DNA of 64,000 nucleotides, taken from contig NC_043004.1 of the NCBI RefSeq assembly GCF_006345805.1, forward strand, positions 78,430,001 through 78,494,000. The letters run 5' to 3'. Shown piece after piece: positions 53,366-64,000 of the stretch (positions are counted from its first letter, which is position 1; each line of letters starts with the position of its first letter). The notes under the pieces were generated by a model. The model did no database searches. It was not told the DNA's origin and saw nothing but the letters and a program-made list of their open reading frames with translations. A program made the position numbers and the translations under genes. The stretch comes from Octopus sinensis (taxonomy: Eukaryota).

Positions 53366-54213
53366 TTGCGTTGCGTCAAAAGTTTTGCAATATTTCGCTA
53401 ACTTTATTCATCACGCTACAGCAAAAGCAGGCAAGCATTCGAAGTAGAGGTCATCGTGTATCACCGTCTGAAGCCACCTATCTGTCAATCCGTTTGATCG
53501 CGCACTGATACCAGTTGTTGTCCTTCGAGGCGAAGAACTCCTTAACTGAAGCTTCTTGGTTGACGAAGCATCGCGAACGCAGGAAATGAGCCATGGATCG
53601 GAACAGATAATAATCCGAGGGAGGTAGGTCAGGACTCTATGTTAGGTGTGGCATTAGTTAGATTCTCTCAGGTTTCTGGGGTTTATTCCGGGTTATTGGA
53701 GCGGAATGAGGTTTTGCGTTTTCTTCGGGATACTGGTTGGCATTGATAGTTCGATTGTCCGGGACGAACGTGTAGTGAATTATCCCCTCATAATTCCACC
53801 AAACGCAGAGCATCTCCTTGTGGTCAAAACGCCCGCGTTTGGCGACAGTTTCCGGAAGCTGGCTCTTGCTAATCTCCTGCTTCATGCACGATGGCATTGC
53901 GGTAAAATATATACCTCTTTCGGATTATCACTTGTTCCGGTCTATGGCTCACTTCCTACGCTTGCGACACTTAGTCAATCAAGAGGAAGTAGAAGCTTCA
54001 GTGAAAGAGTTCTTCATTTCGAAGAGCAAGAATTGGTATCAGTGTGGGATCAAAGAACTGGCAAAAAGGTCGCTTCAGACGGTGCAAAAAAGGTGCAAAA
54101 ATAGAAAGGCGGCTTCAGACGGACTCCATTTTGAATGCTTGGCAGCTTTTGTTGTAATTTAACGAATAACGCAAATAAGTTTCCAATTTATTGCAAAACT
54201 TTTGACTCAACAC
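53366..54213. mobile_element. Two mariner 3' halves joined in inverted orientation, with a TIR at each outer end
   Basis: Minus-strand C-terminus at 53385-53870 (KEMLCVWWNYEGII, SPDLPPSDYYLFRSMAHFL); plus-strand C-terminus at 53905-54150 (SDYHLFRSMAHFL..NWYQCGI); GTCAAAAGTTTTGCAATA at both ends. Confidence 0.8.
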
Positions 54214-54772
54214 TGTTTATTTACAAACTTTTGCTGAGTGGAAAAAATTTAAACATCTACCCTGCAAACAAGCAGTGACATTTATTTAGGGTGTGGAGAA
54301 TAAGTACTCGACACAAGCAAGAATCCTAATCTACAAAATTATATTAAATACATTTATTTAGTAAATTACCTAATTACTATTATCCAATTATTGAATTAAA
54401 AAGAAAACAGGACTTAACCCTTTACATGTTTTGAAGATTGAATTCAGCTGCAGTAATTTACTCATGCAACAGAATTTGCTATACAAAAAATACCAAGAAA
54501 ATGTGATAGGACCCCAATTTCTAATTTACTTGTTGTGTCTGAAGAAAGGGAGCAGAGTCCATGACCCTAGTAAATCCTTTTTGACAACTGTTAATGTTCC
54601 GCTTATCACTAACATAAAATATATTATTGATTCTGTATTTTAGTGTTATAATTAACTTGGTTTATTATTTATTTATTTATTTCTTCATTTATTCTTTTAT
54701 TTGTTTCAGTTGTTGGACAGCGGCTATCTTGGGCCCCTGTATAATTCTTATTGATATCTTTCGCGAACCTTC

Positions 54773-54807
<35 letters not shown>

Positions 54808-54814
54808 AACAATA

Positions 54815-54816
54815 AC

Positions 54817-54868
<52 letters not shown>

Positions 54869-55402
54869 GCCCTGATGCAGTACCAGGCAGTGGCTCTCAT
54901 GGCTTCTAATCTGATTGGAAGTGTTATCATGTACATTGCTTTGTTTTGGTATAAAAGATGGGCCACAGCAAATGTTATGCTCAATACCACAGATTTGCTT
55001 GTCAGTTGTTTGACCATAACCTGTTGAGCATGTTCCCTTGGTCTCTGACGATATGCACATCTCTGATCACGAGCAGAAGTAGTGGCAGAGCATCATAGCC
55101 ATGTGTTGAGAGGGATTCTTTGGGGTTTGAATAATTCACCTCTGAAAACACGGTTGTTTCGTTCAACATTTTTAAACAACCCTTATTCAAGGACCTTTTG
55201 AGCGGGAGTGGGCTACTCAACCTGAAGAAATTTCTAACTGGGCCCCACCTGCAAGGTCATGTGCTGTTTATCTTGATATGAGATCACCATGTCGCGCACA
55301 TATGGTCGTGATGCATGTGCTTGGTGTACCCTTATCAGACGGGTAGTCATGACGGGTATACTGGGCTTCGTATATTTTATCTCAGTGTCACTTTGATGGC
55401 TG
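54815..55402 (-). mobile_element. Same retroposon family, copy 2
   Basis: Reverse complement of 29817-30415, with a similar 5' limit at gccatcaaagtgacactg. Confidence 0.8.
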
Positions 55403-55486
55403 CTTGGTATAAAACCACAAGATCCCTGTTTTTCTAATAAACTAAGAACACGTATTGTATGGATTACATTACCTTCGAGTTTGTTT

Positions 55487-55540
<54 letters not shown>

Positions 55541-55548
55541 AGAGAGAT

Positions 55549-55590
<42 letters not shown>

Positions 55591-55769
55591 AGAATGCGAT
55601 GAAATAATGTAAGAAATATTTAATAAGTCAGTGATTACAATTTAACGAACAAAAGTTACGAAGGAAAATTAAGCAAAAAATATCATAAAACTTACACAAC
55701 TTAGGATTGAAATATGTAAATATAATCAGCGTCGGACAGGAAACCGCCCGGAGGACGGTCTTTCTGCTT

Positions 55770-55860
<91 letters not shown>

Positions 55861-55959
55861 TAACAACAACGATAACAACAACAACAACAATAGTCATAAT
55901 GATAATTTTATCTAACCAGAACAAACTAAAGATTTAAATTTAGTGTTTTATTATTTCAG

Positions 55960-56027
55960 ACTTAGCTGTAGCAGTAGAAGAACTGAAAGAAAGCCAGTTC
56001 CTGTGTCTTTTTGGCTTTGCCTACTAA
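55960..56027 (+). CDS. Candidate last coding exon
   Basis: Acceptor tgttttattatttcAG at 55958-59. In phase 1 it reads (D)LAVAVEELKESQFLCLFGFAY-TAA(56025-27). If exon 3 is skipped it reads T-stop. AATAAA at 56153 and 56159. Confidence 0.45.
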
Positions 56028-56386
56028 ATCTTGAAGACGTCGAGTAAAAGCTCCAATATCTTACATAAGAGTCGAGCAACTTTAAATTGATTTATTTTAG
56101 ATCTGTGTGAACAAATCGATGCTGCAGTTGATTGATTCGAGAAAAAATGAAAAATAAAAATAAATTATTGACGATTGTTTTTGATTTTCATTGTTGCTAT
56201 TGTAATAAATTATCGCATGGAGAATGGTAAAATTGGTGATGCGATGAACAAAGAGTTCTGAGATAAAAGCGCAATTCGAGGATAAGTATTTCTGGATAGG
56301 AGTCCACTTTGCGGCATTGTAGACAAATGTCTTCTGACGAAGACTGTATTCCACCAGCTTTGTGAGCGAGATTTGGGAGACAGAAA

Positions 56387-56809
56387 GGATCTCTTCGGTT
56401 TGACCGGCAGTTTTTAAAAATAATTTCCACGTAACTAAACACTTTTAAACTTCGTATACTGGTAGAATGTGTTTATAAAACATCTTTTTCTCTTGGCTTT
56501 ATTGAGAAAATTCTATAGTTTGTAAGATATTTGTTGTTTTTTTTTCTTCAATTTCTGCAATTTCAACCAATCAATGACGTCTATTGAGGTGAAAACATTC
56601 TGTGCCGTATGAATATGTCCCTCGTTTAAGAAACAGATTGGGTTTATTTACATTTCTGAAGAAAAAAAGATACCCTTCCCCCCAACTAACCCTAACTAAC
56701 CCTATCTCTAACCCCAACCCTAAAATAGATCGATACTAGGGTCATAATTATGGGTGACAATTTCATATGACACCGCTAGAAAAAACTGCCGTTCAAACCG
56801 AAAAGATCC
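56387..56809. mobile_element. Related GGATCT-ended element (423 bp) with an 8-bp TSD
   Basis: Perfect TSD GACAGAAA (56379-86 and 56810-17). Shares the TIR, the taactaaacact..cttcgtatactggtagaatgtg subterminal block and TAACCC repeats with 31425-32078. Confidence 0.92.
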
Positions 56810-56858
56810 GACAGAAATTGTGCAGGGGTTCATCCAATATATGTGTGCGCGTGTGTGT

Positions 56859-56937
<79 letters not shown>

Positions 56938-57479
56938 CGTGCGTGCGTGTGTGTATGGGCTGGTCTGTGGCCATACGGAAGAAAGAAAGTGAGATCAGTC
57001 TCAAAATCAAGAAACGTAAAAAGTAAAATGTGATTCCACAATCTATTTTTATTCCTTATAAAGATTGGCTCCCCCCCCCCACTCTAACACTCACACTCGC
57101 ACACAGAAAGAATTGGGAGAACAAATGAAAGAAAGTAAGTCGTCTCATTTAGTTGGAGTTTTAAGTATTTAATAACAAACATTTAATTCCACATCGCTTA
57201 AAGTTTCGTGGCTACAGAACACGACTATGTCATCAGATCTATAGAGTCAGAGTGAAGTGAATATTTAAAAAAATTAAAAATAGAATGTTGGTGGGAATAT
57301 TTAGGCCTTCATTGATCAGTTCATGTCACGTGCTATCTTCAGCTAATCAGCGACGACAGTTCTTTCATTACAAGTTGCAAGTGGTAAGCAGACAAGATGT
57401 TGGGGTCTATTAGTTGGCATTCTGTAGAGAATGACTTGTTAGATTCAACAATTTTCACCTGAAAAGGTGACTGTGGTGG

Positions 57480-59850
57480 TGTCAATTGCATAAAAAGCCG
57501 GCTGATATTTCACAATTATAATACAAGGAATTAGCAAACATTTCACGACGAACGGCAGGGATTATATGCCCTGAAATTGTGCGCTGACCAGGTAAGCCTA
57601 GGGTAGTATTTCTGAGTTATTAGTGGCTGATGGCTTAAAATTCATTAATAGAGCAAATCTCCGGTGACTGCACTTCCATAAGACGGTTTTGTTATTGATG
57701 AATACTGCAAGCTAGTGGAATATGTACAGTTTTTCACGGAAACAGGTGAGTAAGGAGGAGGAGCCCTGTCAAGCATGCGCTATGAAATGTTAAGAAAATC
57801 GTTTCGATTGGCCTGAAGTTTCTAGATGAGACGAGACAGCAAGGTGGAATGCGTGTGTTGTATAAATCTTTCATTAATATCATTGACTGTTATGCCCGTG
57901 TAGTATCCCACGATGTCATCAGGTGGTATGTGGGAGGCTCTACAAACCACAGCCTTTGAGAGGCAGAAATCTCTCAGTGCGCAATTGGTAGGATTTTGAT
58001 AGTTATAGGTTGGAGTGTTGGGTGAAAACAGTTTGGGTGCATGTTTGCTTCTGTGGCAGCGTGTAATGTTGGCTCTTAGGAATCTGTCGTCATTATTTCT
58101 ACACAAAAATGGTTGGATTCCGAAAATGAATGTTTTGTACCCTTTTTATTTTACATTTCTCTTCTTAATGATTTCAAATCACACAAGAGAGGAAGTGGTG
58201 CTATGCTGATTAAAGGCTACGTACTCTATCTGGTTTTGCTTCTCTGTTGAAACGAATCAGTTTCTTGATTTTTTGTCAAGAATATTAAACAGGAGAAAAT
58301 GAGATTGTGTGGCATTCATACCCTTCTTAAAACCATTGGTGCCATACACAAATGTTTTTAACGAGGTTATAAATGTCACTCAATCTTAACTTTTCTCCTG
58401 TTTAATATTCTTAGCAAAAAAGCAAGAAATTGTAATCGACGTAGAATGTGTAAAAGTTTCCATATCTAAATAAATATGAAGTACAACAAAGAAAGGGGAT
58501 AACTTCAAGGGCACGTTCTTTGACGTTATACAAGGGATACAGCAGATCAATGCTTCCACCAAGCTGAGCGCTTCTGTGCGCACACGTTTTACAACTTCAA
58601 CACGAAGAAAAAACTATGTGCGCACAAAAGGTTTTGAAGCTGAAATAAATCTTTTTAATTGAAAAAGTTAATTGTTTAATTTCATAATAATATCTTAAAT
58701 AATACACACTTAAAATATAGTTGAATTTGGTTAGGCGGTTAATATGGCATTTAAGCGATGCTTACTTCCATGGATGTGTACATACTTTGTAAAGAGGAAA
58801 AATTTGCACACATGCAAATTTAAACTGCTCACTCCCACTGCAAAAATATTAGAGGAAGCGCTGATAAAGACAAACGTAATTTTGTGATAGTTACATAGGA
58901 AAAGTAGTGTTTAAATGTTATGCGATGTATTAATGTAAACAAAGACAAAGAATTTGAGCAATTTTCACCAGATACAAACAGGTGGGGAGAAGGTGAAAAA
59001 ATTTCCCAGATATAACCATAGAAAAACGCAGGCTATGTTTATAAAAAAAAACACATCAATCAAAGAAACAATAACTTTCAATACAGAAAACATTTACAGA
59101 ATTGAAATGAATGTAGGACATAGATGATGATGGCCGTCCACTCGTGACCGAAGAAGACCACTGCTGACCTTTAGGAACATTGTGCACTCTAGGACTAACT
59201 TATATTTTGCATTTGCGGCTCCGTTGTTGGTAGCTAAAGAGCCCCTCTCTTAATAAACATTGCAAACAAAGCTTCCTTCATTCACTATGCTAGCAGTGCG
59301 CTTTCGAGCAGCACGCTTAAATTCTTCATGAAGAATACGTGCTTTTTCAGAATTGAAATGAATGTAGGGCATAGATACAAAGGTAGCATCTAACAACCGG
59401 AAGTCTGATTGGGATAAAAACAAGGAATTTGACTAAAAATATACATACATTATCAGGGCACCCATCAATTCAAATCTACAGAAAATAGTTCTGGGTAGGA
59501 GCAACAGATTTATGATAACGTTGTCCATGGAGGGGAAAATAGCTTCACTAAAATGAATGTCAGATAAATTAAAACCAACAGAATGTTATAAATTGGTATA
59601 ACGACACAGAATGAAGCATTGGTATGTTTGCTATTTGACGGATAGTAGTCCTCTCAGGCAAATAAAGTTTGGGGGAACCAGTAAAAGTATTTACCAAGGA
59701 CTAAGGCGATATATAAAACCGATTGTTTGACCTTCAACGAGCAGAAGAATTCCGTATCCCTTTTGATTTCAGCTAAATTGACGAGAATTTTGAAGTACAG
59801 ACATTCGGTCATCATGACATTTCTACATACACCTGCAGATACTATCCTTG
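57480..59850 (-). pseudogene. Highly decayed PLE (RT thumb + GIY-YIG)
   Basis: NCALRDFCLSKAVVCRA..GYYTGIT..NERFIQH at ~57850-57990 and MPYIHFNS..KR..IVNE at ~59270-59370. Confidence 0.55.
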
Positions 59851-60600
59851 GACACATCATTAGTGTTGTTTCCTAGACTTACCGGATGTTACGAGATCTT
59901 ACAATATTCACCTTCATCTATGTGACCAAACCTAGGTTGTTCAAGTTTAGGTCTGTGTCCCAGCAACATCCTAATGACCTCACAGGTCATCTCTTTTCAG
60001 CCAGAGTCATCTAGATATTTTTTCAGCAGCCTCTATGCTGTTCTTCATGGCTCTTGTACTCATTTGTATAATGACCTCAATTCCATACACCTTATTCATG
60101 GTTTGACCTGCGAGCGCTCGACCAATTAACCTTCATTAACAAACACCCCATTCTCATCACGTCCTCGTGACAGTCCTTCACCAATTCCTGTTACTTGATT
60201 CTCTTCCTCTCTTGAGCTGCTTCCAGCCTTTCCTCTCCAACGCACAGTTAATTCTATCAAGATTAGTTACTTTGTTGCCTCAGAAGCTAGGGTAATATCT
60301 AATCCCAACAAGGTTTTGGTGTACGTGCTGGAAACTTTAGCTTCTTCTGCAGGTCAACTTCCATCAACCAGTCCTGTGTTATGAAAAGTAAACCACCAAA
60401 GCTGTTCTTGAAGTTTTTTCTTCGGTTGCTCTCCATCGTTAACCACGATTAACTTTCTGGCTGTAGTGCTCTCATTGTTCCCCTCACTGACAGACTCAGC
60501 CACAGTTTTGCAGACCTGATCATGTCTCCAGCTGCAGAATTCTTCACCCAGTGCCTTAGAGTAGTTGCTTACGATATGATCAAGGTTCCCTGTCTTAAAA
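59850..60600 (-). mobile_element. Decayed Hero/NeSL-type (REL) LINE 3' end
   Basis: SNYSKALGEEFCSWRHDQV, W.MEVDLQKKLKFP, EAAQERKRIK.QEL. The 3'UTR gctgggacaca...cactaatgatgtgtcc resembles Hero ends as I recall them. Confidence 0.65.
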
Positions 60601-60914
60601 CACAGTAAGTAAAATATATACCAGATATACCAGCAAGGAATTAGTCCGTGCTAGAGGGTTGTTTATACCTAGAAATTATTACCTACAATATAATAGTTGC
60701 TGTCTTATTCAATAAATTAAATGATCGTGAAAACTATCGGTCGTTTGAAACATATAACGAGTTTTCCATCTTTTTCTTCTTTTACCCCAACGGTTCCTTG
60801 TCTTGGTACAGAAATAAACATCTTCTACTCCCAAACACTACATTATAAACTAAAAACTAAAATATCTCTGGCAATATGAACTAAAAACATTTTAGATTCT
60901 TTAATTAAGTCTTT

Positions 60915-61310
60915 CGGCGGCGAGCTGGCAGAATCGGTAGGACGCCGGGCGAAATGCTTAGCGGTATTTCGTCAGCCGCTACGTTCTGAGTTCAAATTCC
61001 ACCGAGGTCGACTTTACCTTTCATCCTTTCGGGGTTGATTAAATAAGTACCCGTTACGCACTGGAGTCGATATAATCGACTTAATTCGTTTGTCTGTCAT
61101 TGTTTGTCCCTTATGTGTTTAGTGCCTTGTGGGTAGTAAAGAAATAGGTATTTCGTCTGTCTTCATGTTCTGAGTTCAAATTGCACCGAGGTCGACTTTG
61201 CCTTTCATCCTTTCGGGGTCGATAAATTAAGTAGCAGTTACGTAATGGGGTCGAGCTAATCGACTGGTTCCCTCCCCCAAAATTTCGGGCCTTGTACCTA
61301 GAGTAGACAA
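60915..61310 (+). mobile_element. Head-to-tail family-B SINE dimer
   Basis: One head and two cores joined at aaagaaataggtatttcgtctg, the same junction type as 49676-50092. Confidence 0.8.
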
Positions 61311-61446
61311 AAATTAATCAATTCTTTCTAAACTGTACATCAACGATGTAATTTTCTTTTAAATGTGTATGATTTCAATGACAAGACTCTCACAGAAACG
61401 AGAGTCCCGTTTGAAGATTTAGTGATATTGTTTTATTTTTCTCAAG

Positions 61447-61572
61447 CCATCGGACTCATAAGGCCGGTTATCCAATTTCCATTGTACACAAGTGACCAAA
61501 AACACCACGTTCCCTCTGAACGGGACGACAATTGGTTGCAGGGTTCAAATCATGTAATTTCGAGACGATGAG
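61447..61572 (+). other. Isolated exon-like segment (126 nt), an alternative coding exon or 3'UTR exon
   Basis: Acceptor ttttatttttctcaAG and donor GAG|GTAAGT. The phase-1 frame is open as (A)IGLIRPVIQFPLYTSDQKHHVPSERDDNWLQGSNHVISRR, with TGA ending 1 nt before the donor. Confidence 0.35.
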
Positions 61573-61984
61573 GTAAGTTGATTACTTCAAACCCAGTACT
61601 TTATTTCATCGATCCCGAACGGACGGAAAGCAAGCCTGACCTCGTTGAAATTTGAACTCAGAACAATGGAGACGTGTTAATGATTCTGACAGGGAAACCA
61701 CCTGAGCAGGGTTATTAAATTCATACAAATAACATTGCTTAATTGTATTTGCTTATCCTTATTTGACAACATTGAAAATAATTTGTGAAGGAAAAAAAAA
61801 AACTTCACCCACCCCACTCTCCTTCACAAAAAGCGGATGAACTGAAAGGCATTCGAGAAGAAAATGAGTTCAATCTTAAACGGAAGAGCGTTCGTCTCCG
61901 CATGATGACGTCATAGCATTGTCAAACCGAGACAACTGTCGAAGACTGTCAATGGAGCTACGTATTCATATCCATACATACGTA

Positions 61985-62322
61985 CAAACATGCACGCACG
62001 CACGCATGCACACATACATACATACATACATACATACATACATACATACATACATACATACATACATACATACATACATACATACATACATACATACATA
62101 CATACATACATACATACATACATACATACATACATACATACATACACGCATACATGCATACATGCATACATACATACATACATACATACATACCTACCCT
62201 CCTACCTACATACATACCTACATACATAGATTCATACATACATACATACATACCTACATACATACATACATACATACATACATGCATACATACATACATA
62301 CATACATGCATACATACATACA

Positions 62323-62356
<34 letters not shown>

Positions 62357-62530
62357 CATACATGCATACATACATACATACATACATACATACATACATA
62401 CATACATACATGCATACATACATACATGCATGCATACATAATACATACATACATATATACATACATATATGCATACATATATGCATACATATATGCATAC
62501 ATACATAGCTAAATGCATACATACATACGT
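61985..62530. repeat. (TACA)n microsatellite, representative of many
   Basis: Other tracts: (TA)n 23965-24117 and 38765-39010, (TACA)n 27065-27845, (GA)n 55489-55588, (TAA)n 55770-55860, (TG)n 51200-51295, 56850-56950 and 62930-63020. Confidence 0.97.
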
Positions 62531-62937
62531 ATATATATATGAAGGTGCATGACTGAGTGGTTAAAGCGTCGGGTTTACAGTCATGAGGTGTGAGTTCGAT
62601 TCCCAGACCGGGTTGTGTGTTGTGTTCTTGAGCAAGACACTTTTTTTCACGTTGCTCCAGTCCACTCAGCTGTAGAAATGCCTTTCCCTTGGATAACCTC
62701 AATGGCGTGGAGAGGAGGAGGCTGGTATGCATGGGTGGCCGCTGGTCTTCCATTAACAACCTTGCACAGACTAGTACCCCGGAGGGTAACTTTCTAGGTG
62801 CAATCCCATGGTCATTCATGACCGAAGGGGGTCTTTACCCATTACCCTGTATATGTGTGCATGTGAGTGCGTGTATGTGTGTGTATGTGCGTGTATGTGT
62901 GTGTATGTATGTCTATGTGTGTATGTGCATGTGTGTG

Positions 62938-63022
<85 letters not shown>

Positions 63023-63503
63023 CGAAGGCGCGTGGCTTAGTGATCAGAGTATTCTGCTTATGATGGTAAGATCATGAGTTCGATATCCAGGCGGTGCGTT
63101 ACGTCCTTGAGCCAGACACTTTATTTCCCATTGCTCCAAACCAGTCAGGTGACAAAAATGAATTGTACCTGTATTTCAAAAGAGCCGGCCTTATCCCACT
63201 CTGTGTCACGTTGAATCTCCTTGAGAACTACGTTAACGGTACACGTGTCTGCGGGTTGCTCAGCTACTTGCACGTTAATTTCAGGAGTAGCTGGCTGTTC
63301 CGTTGATCGGTTCAACTGGAACACTCGTCCTCGAAACCGACGGAGAGCCATTATATATATATATATATATAGGTTCAGTAAAATTTAGATTCAGTTGAAT
63401 ATGGTACTTAAGTTAAAGGCACCAGAATTTAGTATGGTTTTATCCATATGATTCCAAATGGGGTGATTACAATCAAAATAAGCAACAAGGATATCCAGAG
63501 GTA

Positions 63504-63593
63504 ATGCAGTACGATCGTTTCATGCGACTCCATTTAATTGAACAATGCAAATATTACATCATTTTAAAAATGTATAGCAATCTTCAGCTGCAT
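63504..63593 (-). ncRNA. Type I hammerhead with a long loop II
   Basis: Minus strand: ATGCAG-CTGAAGA-TTGC/~50 nt/GCAT-GAAA-CGATCG-TA^CTGCAT. Perfect 6-bp stem I, palindromic stem III, U-U at the base of stem II. Confidence 0.72.
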
Positions 63594-64000
63594 AAAAAAT
63601 AGAATTTAGTTAAATTCAAAGGATTCTTTTGTATAGTTATTCTATTAACTAAAATCACAAAGAGGATAAGTAGATAGACAAAGAACATGTTTTATCAACA
63701 ACATCATAGTTGTAACTGATATTTTTTTCACGGGAAGACACTGCTTATCATTGATTTTAATTTGTTATTCAGATTTACCACGGGGGTGGAGGTGGGGCAG
63801 TTCTAATTTATAGACTAGTTTAACAAGTCTAATGGAAACTAGAATCTATCTTTTATGGATAGAGTAAAAAGACAGTTTAAGTGGCAGTCATAAATCAAGA
63901 TTTCTTTGAAGTAAAAACCAAAGAAAGTTGGTGTAAAACTGGAACAAGAAAAAAAGAAACGAAATCAAGAATTACATCTTCGTTCTTCCCGATAGCAGAA

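Noticed and set aside
57185-57345. CTGATGA..CACGAAA and CTGAAGA words at the end of the decayed PLE
   Set aside because: A 7-nt insertion precedes stem II, there is no NUH site and no stem I; at most a dead remnant.

Overview
Very repeat-rich, AT-rich animal genomic DNA. The tRNA-headed SINE families, TTAGGG repeats and TA/TACA/CA microsatellite load resemble Octopus (inference, not verifiable here). Most bases are transposon-derived: a young-looking Penelope-like element (PLE) and an RTE LINE, CR1-group, Dong/R4-like and Hero-like LINE ends, two Gypsy remnants, three mariner derivatives, Helitrons, hAT MITEs, two copies of a GGATCT-ended element with perfect 8-bp TSDs, and dozens of SINEs, often nested. 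Most ORF-track entries are microsatellite or antisense artefacts. Two signals stand out. (1) A + strand multi-exon host gene (46.6-56.0 kb, perhaps to 61.6 kb), missed as a whole by the ORF track, predicted to encode a small secreted cysteine-rich precursor I do not recognise. (2) Type I hammerhead ribozyme motifs in at least five different non-coding PLE-like terminal-repeat families. One folds perfectly and lies inside a 471-bp non-coding tandem+inverted unit that resembles a mini-PLE or retrozyme. Coordinates were counted by hand; SINE and decayed-element boundaries are approximate.
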